Shown: positions 24,101 to 35,589, counted from the first letter of the whole stretch. The stretch: DNA of 62,384 bases, filler included, from Dimorphilus gyrociliatus (GCA_904063045.1; 3 parts of 3 records of this genome joined end to end with filler, not necessarily neighbours in it); one strand, 5' to 3'. The notes: generated from the sequence alone by a model not told the origin. Program-made: numbers and translations.

Positions 24101-25700
24101 CATTGATGCACAGTACCTTCTTAGGTCTTGTGTCAAGAGCAACTGCTATGAAGTTGCTATCTACATGGACTAGGGTGGACTGGTTCCTAATCCCGTTCCT
24201 GACAGCAAGGAATAGTCCTCGCTTGCCAGTCGTCCTCTTTGTCTGAGGAGTATATGGTGTAGCCACCTATCTTAGGTGTTCTGCCTGCCCATAGAGTCTC
24301 CTGTATGGCTACAATGTCAGGCTTCTCGCGCGACAGGTATAGCCATATCTCAGACAATTTGGTTCGGATGCCCATTGATGTTATAGCTAAGGATCTTGAG
24401 AGTTTCGATCTCTTGCTTAGGACATCGTGTGGTCTTACTCCGACCTTTGGTGGACTCCTTGATCCACCAATTCTCTCTTCTAGCTAAGGCTTTTAGCCTA
24501 TCATTGCTAACAAGAGGCTGTTTGTTGACTATTACATCTAGTCTTTGGCAACCATTTGGTTGCCTTATTCGCTTCACCTTGGCCTGCTTGAGGCCGAGGG
24601 TGTTTTCAAGCTTGGAGCTCACCAGGTCCCTTTGACCCATGGGAGCTCCCCACAAACATACTTTCTTCCAGTCTCTAGGCTCTTATTCCCAGCCCCTGGT
24701 AAGCCAGGCTGGCGGCCATTCATGATCGTCGGGCTGAGTCAACCTTCTCAGCCCGGTAAAAGAACCTTTCTGGGTTCTCTAAACCCCTTCAGGGGTGGCC
24801 TTGTCCAACACCCTGGAAAATGCTATGTTTGGGCCTCTTTGGCCATTAAGTAGACATTGTGGCTCCTCGCCCTTCGGAGCCACTCCTCGAGCTGGGCCCC
24901 TTTTGGGTGCCTCAGCATGACGAAGCCTTCATTGATCAGCGCAGCATAAACCCTCTTTATTGTGAGGTTAGCTGCTCTGATCTCCAGCTTGTCCATCCAT
25001 GTCCTCACCTGACAGGTCATGGATATTCTTATTTCTTTTCTTTAGAATCTCCATCACCTGTTCAGGTGAGGTAAAGACTGGTACCTGCAGATATGCATAC
25101 TTCCAGTATGACTTCATATCGGAAGGCACCAGGCCCTTCTTTGTCATTTTTTTAGTATTCTTTGCACCTATTGCTTTTTTTACTTTGGTTTTTACTATTT
25201 TTTTTTTATCTCTCTTTTCTTATTTCCTATTTTTTTTACTTTTTTTTTATTATTTTTTTTTCAGCTTTTTTTCATTTCTTATTTTTTTTACGCTGCAATT
25301 TATTTTAGTATTTTTTTTGTACTATTTTTCATGAGGAAGGAGTCTAGATCACTTATGAAGTCATCTAGACTCATTTCCTTCTTTATTTTTTTATGGTTGT
25401 CCTAGAAGAGGAGGGACTTTTCCTCTTCATAGGTTTTATAGTCTTATGATTTTTTTCCTCATTTTTTTTATTATCAACATTTTTACTTTGTTTTTTTTAT
25501 TATAAAATTTTTTTTCTTTATTTTTTTATTATTAATAGTTTTTTTTTCCTTTTTTTTAATTTTATCCTGTTTTACTTTCAGGACCTCCAAAGCTTTCTGA
25601 AGGCGGCTAATGTTAAACATTAGCTCTTTTTCTCTCGTTTCATTGTACTTTTTTTGTTTTTTAGTAAGATATTCTTCCTAGATTGGATTACCCTTGCATT
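21154..25700 (-). mobile_element. Non-LTR retrotransposon (LINE A): ORF1-like region, APE endonuclease, RT, C-terminal CCHC; multiple frameshifts
   Basis: ILSYNING, IVAIQET, VGDWN and SDHKPV (APE). YRGISL, QAGFR, FIDFKKAYD, GLRQGCPLSP and LFANN in place of LFADD (RT). CPVC...HLLLDC. A-tail junction at 21154-21159. The 5' boundary is approximate. Confidence 0.9.
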
Positions 25701-25714
25701 GCATTACTCAAAAA

Positions 25715-26700
25715 TTTTTTTTAAAATAAAAGCATTTAATAAACCACATAACCTACATAAAAAACTCACCACTACTGCTAAGAAAAAGTTTTAGCTACAC
25801 ATCTACTAAAGCCACTTGGGATAAAAAAATTTTTTTAAAATAAAAGCATTTAATAAACCACATAACCTACATAAAAAACTCACCACTACTGCTAAGAGAA
25901 AGTTTCAGCTACACATCTACTAAAGCCACTTGGGATATATCCCTGCCATACCCTTCCGGGCTTCGACTCTCGGAGGTCTTGAGGAGTGGCTATTACCACT
26001 CCCCACAGTTTGCGGACAGGCCTGCTCCCTTCAGAGCTAGCACCCACCCATTCCACATACACCTTGCGGTGCCTGCAGCGCGACACCTGTGCATCTCGAG
26101 TTACGGCAACAGCTGCACAGGCCACCGAGGACTATCGGCATCCCGTTCCCCTCCTAGGAACACCTCCATCCAGCTACCCGAAGACAGAGGTTTTTGGTTG
26201 TTGTCTGACTCTTAGCTACTCATAATCACTGCTTACTGGACTTAGGTCTCTGCCAGTTATACTCAACATCTACACTTCAATCAGCTTGCCTATCTTCATG
26301 GCAAGGAGCTTAATCATTGCATCTCCATTCCTAACTCGTTCTGGCGAGCGGGTCCAGCTAGGCCATCCAGATACCTCTTCTATTGCCAGACTCCGCTATG
26401 ATAACTAACTCTACATGGTACTCCTGCCGACCACTTCTACTTTGTTTGCGGCGCTGACCTAGGCAGGGTCTGGGGCGTTCCTTTGCTTGGGCAATCCCCG
26501 GCCGTGGGTCGTGAGGACTTCGACCCAGTCGTGCAGATACCTTCCCATCCTGAGTGATCCTACCGTCACTGTGTCAGGGGTGTCTACTCATACCCAACCA
26601 CAGGCAGGCTCACTGACTTCCCTGTCTCTGCCTCATACACTAGCCTTCACTAAGCTCTTCAGCTCATCTGCCTTCGAGTCACTACATGGTACTCTGCACA
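25715..26700 (-). mobile_element. LINE-related element B sharing the 3' end of LINE A, plus a 108-nt tandem copy of that 3' end
   Basis: The block CACCGAGGACTATCGGCATCCCG(C/T)TCCCCTCCTAGGA is shared (about 21360 vs 26124), as are the GGGATATATCCC palindrome and the AAAATAAAAGCATTTAAT tail. 25723-25822 repeats at 25837-25936. No long ORF. Confidence 0.65.
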
Positions 26701-26734
26701 CCCCACCTCACTACTAGTCACGTATCCTACTACG

Positions 26735-27059
26735 CTAGTTTTATAGTATCTTACCAAGGAGTATCCTCACAGTATGAACTCAGACCCAGATAGATTGTGG
26801 GTATCTGGGGCGTTCCTAGTATCCATGCTTGCACTGTCATTAGCCGTCTCCCGACGTTACCAAGACGAACCACGTGGAGGTTACAGTGCTGTCGTCTCTA
26901 GTTTTATAGTATCTTACCAAGGAGTATCCTCACAGTATGAACTCAGACCCAGATAGATTGAGGGTATCTGGGGGTGCCTAGTATCCATGCTTGCACTGTC
27001 ATTAGCCGTCTCCCGACGTTACCAAGACGAACCACGTGGAGGTTACAGTGCTGTCGTCT
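26735..27059. repeat. Two tandem ~163-bp units immediately downstream of the LSU rRNA
   Basis: 26735-26897 and 26898-27059 are nearly identical. Each contains a CCCAGATA...TATCTGGG stem. Confidence 0.92.
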
Positions 27060-27119
27060 CCTCACTGACTTTCCCTGTCTCTCTAGACAAACTTTCAATT
27101 TCTACAATGTGTAGGATAG

Positions 27120-27370
27120 AACGACGGTAAGGACTGCGCCGTGCCTCAAATGCTCGCTTGCGGTCGCACCTTACAGCAGGCCGTCCATGTCGTGTCGTTT
27201 TCACGTCCGCCTTCCGACCTTGGGCCCGGTTTCTAGCTTAGAGGCTTTCAGCTATACTCCGGTAGACGTAGCTCCGCGACATGCCCGTCCGGACAATCGC
27301 TCCACCAGTGGTCTCATAGGTCCTTCCTTTCGTACTACTCCCTACTCCCCGCAGTCGTCTGTAGGTAGGA

Positions 27371-27417
<47 letters not shown>

Positions 27418-28002
27418 ATTAGTGGGTGAACAATCCAACACTTCGGCGCTCCTGCACGCCGATGGTAGGAAGAGCCGACATCGAAGAATCAAAAAGCCGC
27501 GTCGCTTTCTGCGCTCGACGGCCACAAGCCAGTTATCCCTGCGGTAACTTTTCTGTCACCCACCTCACAACTGCGGTGTCAAGGTGGGATCCCTAGGCCT
27601 GGGTTTCCCCGCACGTACTCATCATCGTACGCTCAAGCACTCTCAAGCCCTTATGCTCCACGCGGGTTTTCCCGTCCCGCTGCGAGTACCTTCGGTCAGC
27701 TGCGTTCTGCTCCTGCAGCTGTGCCGCCCCAGCCAAACAGTCCATCTAGCATCCATCCCCGAGGGTGTGCCATGAGCTCCGACGCGTAGTGGTCTTTCAC
27801 TTCCGCGTTGCCGCTCCCACCTCCCTACATCACGTCGCAGCTCACCGCTCTGCTACACTACTGTGAAGCTCAACAGGGTCTTCTTTCCCCGCCTACATCG
27901 CCAAGCCCGTTCCCTTGGCACGTGGGTTCGCTAGTCTGCAGGTAGGGACAGTGGGAATCTCGTCTTTCCATTCATGCGCGTCACCAATTAAGTGACGAGG
28001 CG

Positions 28003-28041
<39 letters not shown>

Positions 28042-29748
28042 GACCCGCGCTTAAGAGAGTCTCCTCTCCTTCACGTAACGAGCACCGGGCAGAAATCACT
28101 TCGTATCCCTTCACGAAGCTATGTTTTTATTAAACAGTCAGATTCCCCATGCCACCTTGAGTTCCATAAGAACCAACACTTCTCCCGAAGTTACGCATCC
28201 ATTTTGCCGAATTCCCTTACCTGCGTTCAACATACGCCAGAGGCTTCTCACCTTGGAGACCTGTCGCGGTTTAAGTACGGTCCCGGGGCCCGCTCGCGCG
28301 TCCTTTTCACTGCTGGGCCCGGCGGCCGCAGGGTCGCCCCCTGCCAGCGGCCCGCGCCCTTCGCTGACTGACTCATCTCCACGCGCGCGCCGCACGCACC
28401 AGAGCCGGATGCTCTGCGCGGCCGGACGGCCCATGTCGAACGCCCGATCTCCCGTCGCCGCTCGGCCCCGAGGGATAGGACTCTTAACCTATTCTCTTTC
28501 GCTACAGACCGTGCTCCGTCGCTTAGCACCGCCTCACTCCCTTCTGATCTACATCGCCAGGGAAAACCTTCTCCTCCTCGGCCTTCGCCATTCTCAGACG
28601 AATTACAACTACTGCCACCAAGATAAGCGCTGCCGGCACCTCCACCGCACCTCGCAGTGCGCCTTCCACAGTCCCGGCACACCCCCCTACCCGCGGGCGC
28701 GCATCGGTCGACGCGTCAGCACCGTCAATTTTAGGGCCAGCTGAATTCCGTAGGTACGTTGTAACACGTTTCTTACCGGCTGCCGACTTTCATGGCCACC
28801 GCCCTACCGTCTTCATTCACCTACCGCCTTCCCTCTCTGCCACGCCGTTCGGTACCTTATCGCGCCGCCAGGTTGAATCCTCTTCGCCAGTCCTGCTTAC
28901 CAAAACAAGCCCACTACGCTCGTCCAAGTCCGCGCTGCGTATGCCACGCCGCGCTGAGCACGTTCGGAGTTCGTTCGTCGCCTTAAGGCTAAATGATCCT
29001 AGTTCTACCGCACTCCTCTTCCACTCGCGCGCTGTCCTGAGAGACATTTCGGGGGGAACCAGCTACCAGACTGTTCGATTGGTCTTTCGCCCCTACACCC
29101 AGTTGACGTCAAAGAGTTGCATATCATTACGACTCGCCACCTCCAGCGCATTTTCATCCGCCTTCGTAGCCACCAGGCATAGTTCACCAGTCTATCGGGT
29201 CTTAACCACGCCTCTCCACCGCTCTCGGCGCGCGTCCGGGGCTCTCTCCCTTCCACTCGCTGCGTAGTTAAACCTCCTTGGTCCGTGTTTCAAGACGGGA
29301 CCGACTCTGTCGGCTCCACATGCAATTTCACTTTTTCATCATATTCTGTCTTCGGTCACCCTACTATACGCTATCGGTGTCCACCTGTATTTAGCCTTAG
29401 ATGCGCACTGCCACCTCTTCACGCTGCACTACCGAGCAACGCTACTCACTTCCTAGCGCGGCGTCCCTACGGGGCTAACACCCTCTCAGGCCGGCCCTTC
29501 AAGGCTCGCTCGGGCCGCCGCTCCGCTGACATCTCGCCGGGGCGATTACACGTCGGGCTCCTTCCTCTTCGCTCGCCGCTACTGGGGAAATCTCGTTAGT
29601 TTCTTCTCCTCCCTTTACTCATATGCTTAAATCAGAGGGGTTCTCGTCACTACTGACCATTCAGGCACGCGCGTCCTCGCTGCCGCCGGCGCCTCGCTTC
29701 CTGCCGCGCCCTTCCTCGCAGTGGACCCAAACGATCCCTTGCATGTGG
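27120..29748 (-). rRNA. Microsporidian-type LSU rRNA with fused 5.8S domain (3' end uncertain by about 50 nt)
   Basis: Universal LSU blocks are present, e.g. on + strand AAACTAACCTGTCTCACGACGGTCTAAACCCAGCTCACG, CCGTGTTTCAAGACGGG and ATATGCTTAAATC. The 5.8S-like GGATCGTTTGG...GTGCCTGA runs directly into the LSU with no ITS2. Confidence 0.95.
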
Positions 29749-29770
29749 CTCTTCTATCTCCATTCCTCGC
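29749..29770 (-). other. Very short ITS (about 22 nt)
   Basis: Lies between the SSU 3' end GGATCA and the CCACATG start of the 5.8S-like domain. Confidence 0.7.
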
Positions 29771-30266
29771 TGATCCAACGACAGGTTCTCCTACCGTTGC
29801 TTGTTACGACTTGTATCAGATCTAGAACCCTGCGCTCACTCACTCGTTGTTCGTTCGCACCTGATTCCATCTTCGATAGCGACGGGCGGTGTGTACAAAG
29901 AACAGGGACTCATTCATCGCTCCATACTGAGACAGCGATTACTAGCAATTCCTCGTTCCTGCGCCCTTCCAGGGCACATTCCCTCTCGATCGCATTTCTC
30001 TCTCCTTCCTTCCTCCTGCGACCACTGTAGTGCGCGTGCAGCCCAGTCCATCTAAGGGCTCACTGACCTGTTCTTGACCCCTTCCTTCTGCGCTTGGCGC
30101 GCCAGTACTCTGTCGAGGGTCTCACTAATTACCAGACTTAACCCAAGGATCACTCCATTTGTCGTTAACGGCCATGCACCACTTTCCGACCTATCGCGTA
30201 CCACGCTCATCCGGTCGTCGGCACTGGTAAGCTGTCCCGCGTTGAGTCAAATTAAGCCGCACACTC
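29771..30266 (-). rRNA. SSU rRNA, 3' portion (truncated by contig end), reduced microsporidian type
   Basis: GCGGCTTAATTTGACTCAAC, GGTGCATGGCCG, TTTGTACACACCGCCCGTCGC and AAGTCGTAACAAG...GGATCA, with shortened variable regions. Confidence 0.97.
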
Positions 30267-30366
30267 NNNNNNNNNNNNNNNNNNNNNNNNNNNNNNNNNN
30301 NNNNNNNNNNTTAATTAATTAANNNNNNNNNNNNNNNNNNNNNNNNNNNNNNNNNNNNNNNNNNNN
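30267..30366. other. Artificial contig spacer N44-TTAATTAATTAA-N44
   Basis: Exactly 100 bp with stops in all six frames. Identical to the spacer at 61191-61290. Confidence 0.97.
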
Positions 30367-31720
30367 AAACTATTTATAGGACTTTTTAAGCAATTCACCA
30401 ATCTGTTTTAAAATTCAAATAAGAAGTGAAAATAATATTTATTCATACTATTCTTTTTTCATTTATGGAATTTTAACATTTTTAATTTCATTTTCAATTT
30501 CATTATTTTATTTTTCAATTATTAAAACTATTAAAAAAAGTAAAAAGCAATTTGAAAATATGAAAACGTCATCATTTTCAAAAGATATTTCACCTTCAAT
30601 CTATTTAATTGTTCTTTCAAATTTAATATGTTGGCTACCAATCTCATTTTTAGGTATAAAGTTCTCTATTATTTTGTATCTAATGAATATTTAAAATAGG
30701 TATTTTATCTGTAACTTGGAAAATTGAAATGAGTGATACTACTTATACATGGATTGTTACATTTCTTGTTCCGATCAATTCCGTTTTAAATCCATTTTTC
30801 TATACATTTGGAGAATTTTTGTCCTTTCAGAAGAAAAGGAAGAGTGATAAGATATTAAAACAGTAAAGGGGAAATTCAATTTGAAATCTTTCAAGTCTTT
30901 TTAAAAATTATTATTTTCTTACTTGCAGAAAACTAGAAATTGAAAATTATAGTTATTTAATAAGAATGAAATGTATTACTATCATAGATAAAGACATTAT
31001 TAATGATATATTTTACCCTTTTTTTCCCTATCAGACTGTTCATTCTTTAATCATCTTTACACAACTCACTCAAACATAAACTTGGTGAAAAAGTTTCTTT
31101 TTCAATTAAATTTTGAATCGTATCTCTACCAGAAATTTAGATATTTTAAATGTATTGCAAATTGCATGTCAATTATAAAGGATTGTCATGAAAATGAACT
31201 TTCTTTCCATGGTAATTTCAATGAGAAAATAATTCATTATCATGTAATAATGCAACAAATTAATTTTTTATTGTTACTAATTTCTAAAATGTTATCTTCA
31301 GATTCACAATAGAAATGAGTATGTTTTTTCAATTATTCCAGGAGAAATGGCTGTTGCTGATGATATCAATAAGAAAAATGATATTCTCTCATTTGGAATG
31401 TTTCTTAGAAAAATCTTACAAAAAAAAAAATTTATGCTAAACTGCTAGAAATGTTAACCTTTTACCAAATACACAAAATATATAGTACAAAACAACATTG
31501 TAGGTCTATTATATTTAGTAAGAATTCTAACTATATATAATTAATAATTAAGCCTACATAATGTACACTAAACCATCTGTGTATAGTAACAAATGAAAAG
31601 ACCCTGATCCGAGATAACATTTATAGGGATTTCTACTCACTAAGTGTTCACTTTCCTTGAAAGCAGTATCCTGTCATTGATCCTATGAAAATATAATTAT
31701 TGATTCAGCTAAAAGGGTTG

Positions 31721-31875
31721 ACAGAAAATGTCCACAAATGAGAATTTTTTAAAACTAGATTTTGGATTGAAAAGAGCTAAGAGGAGGAATATAGCAACAA
31801 ATTTCTAGTTAGGAGGGTCTCATCTAAGGGTTAGGGATAAGGAAAAGGGCTAGGTTAGGGTTAGAATAAAGCATT
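31721..31875. mobile_element. MITE-like repeat copy with TTAGGG-like hexamers
   Basis: Begins GACAGAAAATGTCCACAAAT. The internal part matches copies at 41638, 48295, 51019 and 52000. Confidence 0.6.
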
Positions 31876-32070
31876 CTAACAATATAGCAATTGTAGATGT
31901 TCAAGTAGAAACAGTATTGTTGTAACTTGCAAACGCATAAATTTGACAAGCAAGAGCAGTACAAATTTGGTGCAGTCAACAGGATTATTGTTTTAGTTTA
32001 TTCAAAAGTTCGGAGAAAGTAAATATGGTAGAAGGAGGAAATGGAAATGCCAATCGGGCAGTGACAGACT

Positions 32071-34410
32071 CTAACCCTGCAACCCCAGCAACCCATCAAT
32101 GCTACTATTGCAAAAACAGTGGGGGGAAAAATGATTTATATTTCCAACAATCAAATCAGATGTTAAATATTTAAAGTTTTTTGAGTCTATATCTTTAGAC
32201 TTAAAAATAGGATTTAACACCAATTTTGACATTTTTTCTCCTTGTAATTTTCCATCTGGTTTACAATCAATACAACTTTTAAGTTGAATATAATCGTTCT
32301 TTTCCACAAATGAATAATTTTCCTGTTTAGAAACAACAGTTGGTTTTTGATACGATTTGTCTGGAAGGATTATTAATGAATTTTCAGCTCTTAAAATTAA
32401 TTCTTCATCAGTAAAATAAGCTGTTGAAAATGAATTTATAGCATTATTCAACCTATCAAAGACTGGACATTCATCTTCAATCAAGTTCTTATCTTTAGTT
32501 TCCAGTTTGATAGTTAAATTTTTAAATTTTATATATTCAATATAAAATTGTTTATTGTAAATAATTCCCTTTAATAAAAAATTTATTGGAGAGACTGTAA
32601 CATTCAAGTCTCCATTAATTTTAATCCGAATCCAAGCATCTTTCATTGATTCCAATTTGAAATCCTTCAGATAGACAAGATTATTCAAAAAGTTAATGGT
32701 ATTCTTTCGGTGTCTTATTGATAGGTTACAGCATATAAAATTTTCTCCTACATATTCCGCTTGAATGCATAGCAAAAGCACTAACTCTTCTTTACCATTT
32801 TCCCCACTTTCAATTGGGAAGAGGTGATCGTCATTATCAGTATTGATGAGAGGAACATAAATTGATTAATGCTCTATTATTGTACCATTTTCCAATAGTA
32901 CAACATTGTCCATTTTATAATCGAAAGCTGGCACAACAATCCAGCCAATTTGATTTGATATTTTTCTTTGAAACTTACAATTTCCAGTTTGTTTTATTGT
33001 AACAACTAACAGAGATTCATCGAAAGAATCTAGTTGAGTTGTATCTAGAACAAATCCAAAATCATAGTTGGTTTTAAACTCTCTTTTTTTGCCTTTATCC
33101 TTTCCATCCAACCAAAGAATTATTCTAATACTATCCTTATTCCAGAACATGAATGTGTCATTAACCATCCTTTTCAATGCATTGATGAAACATTTGCATT
33201 TTGGACAACTAAAACTTTCTATTTCCTCTTGTTTTTTAAACAAATAGGCTGAAAGCTTCTCAGGATTTTTTGACAAGATATTTTCAGATTGAAAAGAAAC
33301 TTTTTTGAATAGGAGAGAAAAAGAATAGAATAATTTATATATTTTGAATAGAACAATATTTACTTTCAGCAAATACAAGAGATATTTCTCTTTCTGTTAA
33401 AAAGCAATAACAACTAAAATTTCTGATTTTCTCATTAATTTTTTCCATATCTATAAATTTGAATTTAAAATTGAATGAATGAATGAATTGTATGATAGGG
33501 AAATAACCTTTTCTAAATTCATATTCACAATCCATTATATAATTATCTTTAGATGAGTTTTTATAATATTTAAAAGAAAGGGAAATATTTCTGTCTGCTT
33601 CTACCAGTTTATTTGTAATTTCGTGTTCTTTTCTGACTTTTTCAGGTGTGGAGTAAAATGTTGTAATTGTATCACTCAAATTACCAACAGTATAGATTAG
33701 TTTTAGAGAAGAAATTTTATCCTCATTAAACAATATTTCTGTCACTTTATCCATGAATTTCTCTGCAAAACATATGAATTTTAACTTAGAGAGTGGAAAT
33801 TCCCCTTCTTAAACTGGGAAATTAGTTAAGAACCATCAGAAGATTTCACATTTGATAATGTTATTGAATCAGTTTTACAATCAGGTATTTGGTGTGAAAA
33901 TTTTGAAATATCACAGTGCAACTGGAGATAAACGTCATCTGTTTATAGTGATAAAGAAAGGTTGAGAGAAAATTATTAACAAAGTGCTCACCTTCATTAT
34001 AATTTGGGAAGATGAATAATTTTGGTTTATTTTTAAATTCTTTACAAGTATCCTCATTACTTTTCTTTTGAAATTCATTGAATAACATACATTTTGATTC
34101 TGAACGTTCAAAGAGATGAAGACATAATTTATTTTTATTGATAATATGTAATGAAAACCTTCTTGTAAGAGAACAAAGAAGATAAATCTCTCAATGTTAT
34201 TTGAATTTCTCTTTAAACTTTCAATTTTCAATTCAAATTCTCTTTCACTATTAATAATCCATTTTTCAGTACCATGACACTGAGCAGAAAATCTTGGAAT
34301 ATTCAGTTGTTTATCTTTGTTACTTTGCTCCACAGTGGAAGAGGGTAAATCTAGAAAATACAAGAAATTTTAATTCTTAACAGAGAACTTATCTGCTTAC
34401 CTGTGCTCAT
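32071..34410 (-). CDS. Multi-exon cytosolic protein with several ZU5/UPA-like segments (at least one frameshift as assembled)
   Basis: Short GT-AG introns (e.g. ATG AGC ACA G|gtaagc at about 34400). Motifs IRNFSCY, SIRIILWLDGKD...GNCKF (ankyrin/PIDD UPA-like), IDCKPDG and INHFSPH. Confidence 0.55.
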
Positions 34411-34930
34411 TTTAACAATGAATAGTGGCTTTATTCTCTGTGAGTGTATATTATAACCAGCATGATTAATCTTAAGGCCAAATTGAATGATATGATTAAG
34501 AAAGTAGAAATTACTTTATCCACTTTTAGGTTAGGGTTACGGTAAAAATTAAAAATAGGGGATGCATACAAACAATAGCTCAAATTGCATTGATCTTGAT
34601 GTTCACTTCTATCACTTGTTCTTTAAAAACGCTCTATATTTTTTAGAAAAATGTAGACTTCACTCAGTGCTATTTTAAATGAATGGTTAACAATAGTTTT
34701 GGGCCTACTTAGCGACAAAGGCTATTTATATAACCTTTCTTTCTATCTCAATAACATTAAAAAAACCTAATATTTTTATGGGTACGGTTTCACCCCTATT
34801 CAAAAATTCCTACCATTCAATACTACTGAAATGGCTTGTGTTACTGAAAGAGTTAGAGCTTCAACTCCTAAGTGCATTCAGGAATGGTCTTAAAGGAAAA
34901 ATTGTTAATCATGTGGAAAAAGGTGGAAAG

Positions 34931-35589
34931 TGTACTTTGTTGTATTGTAATTGTAGGAATTTCTGCTTCTTCAGAACAGTATTCGTCCTTTCCAATCATT
35001 TATCAATTTACCAAAGTACTCAAACAAATAGAACCTTTCAAATTCGTCCACAAGTAGTCTTAAAAAATGTAATTTTGGTAGAAATTAATCAACAAAATAC
35101 CAGTATTTCGTTTAAAGAATATGTATTGAGTAAATGAGTTTCTAGTTCTAAACAAGTAAGTTTAAACAACCAGTTAATGGTTAAAGAACTGAACTGACAA
35201 GCTGGGGAAATGCATTTCCAAAGCTTGGGTTCAAGTGGTCAAAGGATTACAAAGTTGAAATCTGACAGTCTCATAATTCTCATGTAACAAAAATATGAAA
35301 AACTGTTATATCACACATATAAAATATAATCCTAAGATTAGGGCCACATGCTAAACACATGCCACTGCAAACAGGCCTGCCTCATCAGCATCTGGTGTTT
35401 GACCTGCATCTTTTCCATGTTCTTTGTTCTTTTGTTAATTGCCAAGTAGCCAACATCTGTTACAGTCAAAGAGTCTATTTCTTACAAAATAGAGTTCTTT
35501 CTAAATTACTAAAAGCTAACACTACGAAGTAAAAGTCTTTCTAAAGTTCCACCACTATAATCCCTACAAAATATAAGTATTTCTATAGT
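34931..35589. repeat. ~650-bp dispersed repeat, second copy at 40915-41571 (direct orientation)
   Basis: High identity by eye. Fragments also at about 39875-39918 (inverted), 48538-48608 and 60650-60712. Confidence 0.88.

Noticed and set aside
21576-25334. Plus-strand ORFs over the LINE and other short antisense ORFs (e.g. 4636, 6049, 8035, 14385, 17152, 35869, 37015)
   Set aside because: They are shadows of well-supported genes on the opposite strand and have no motifs of their own.
25330-27090. Hammerhead ribozyme or 5S rRNA near the LINE/rDNA junction
   Set aside because: I found no CUGANGA...GAAA core with flanking stems and no 5S-like sequence by eye.
28000-28030. R2-type insertion in the LSU
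   Set aside because: The TTAAGGTAGC target site is intact and the LSU is uninterrupted; the LINEs lie outside the rRNA gene.
27187-30322. Many 60-200-aa ORFs in the GC-rich block
   Set aside because: They overlap unambiguous rRNA sequence, and high GC simply removes stop codons.
30267-30366. TTAATTAATTAA palindrome flanked by Ns (also at 61191-61290)
   Set aside because: It is an identical 100-bp construct at both gaps, so it is an assembly or dataset linker.
33795-33804. Perfect NF-kB site (GGGAATTTCC, minus strand)
   Set aside because: It is a single intronic 10-mer, and a similar one lies in coding sequence near 49270; not distinguishable from chance.
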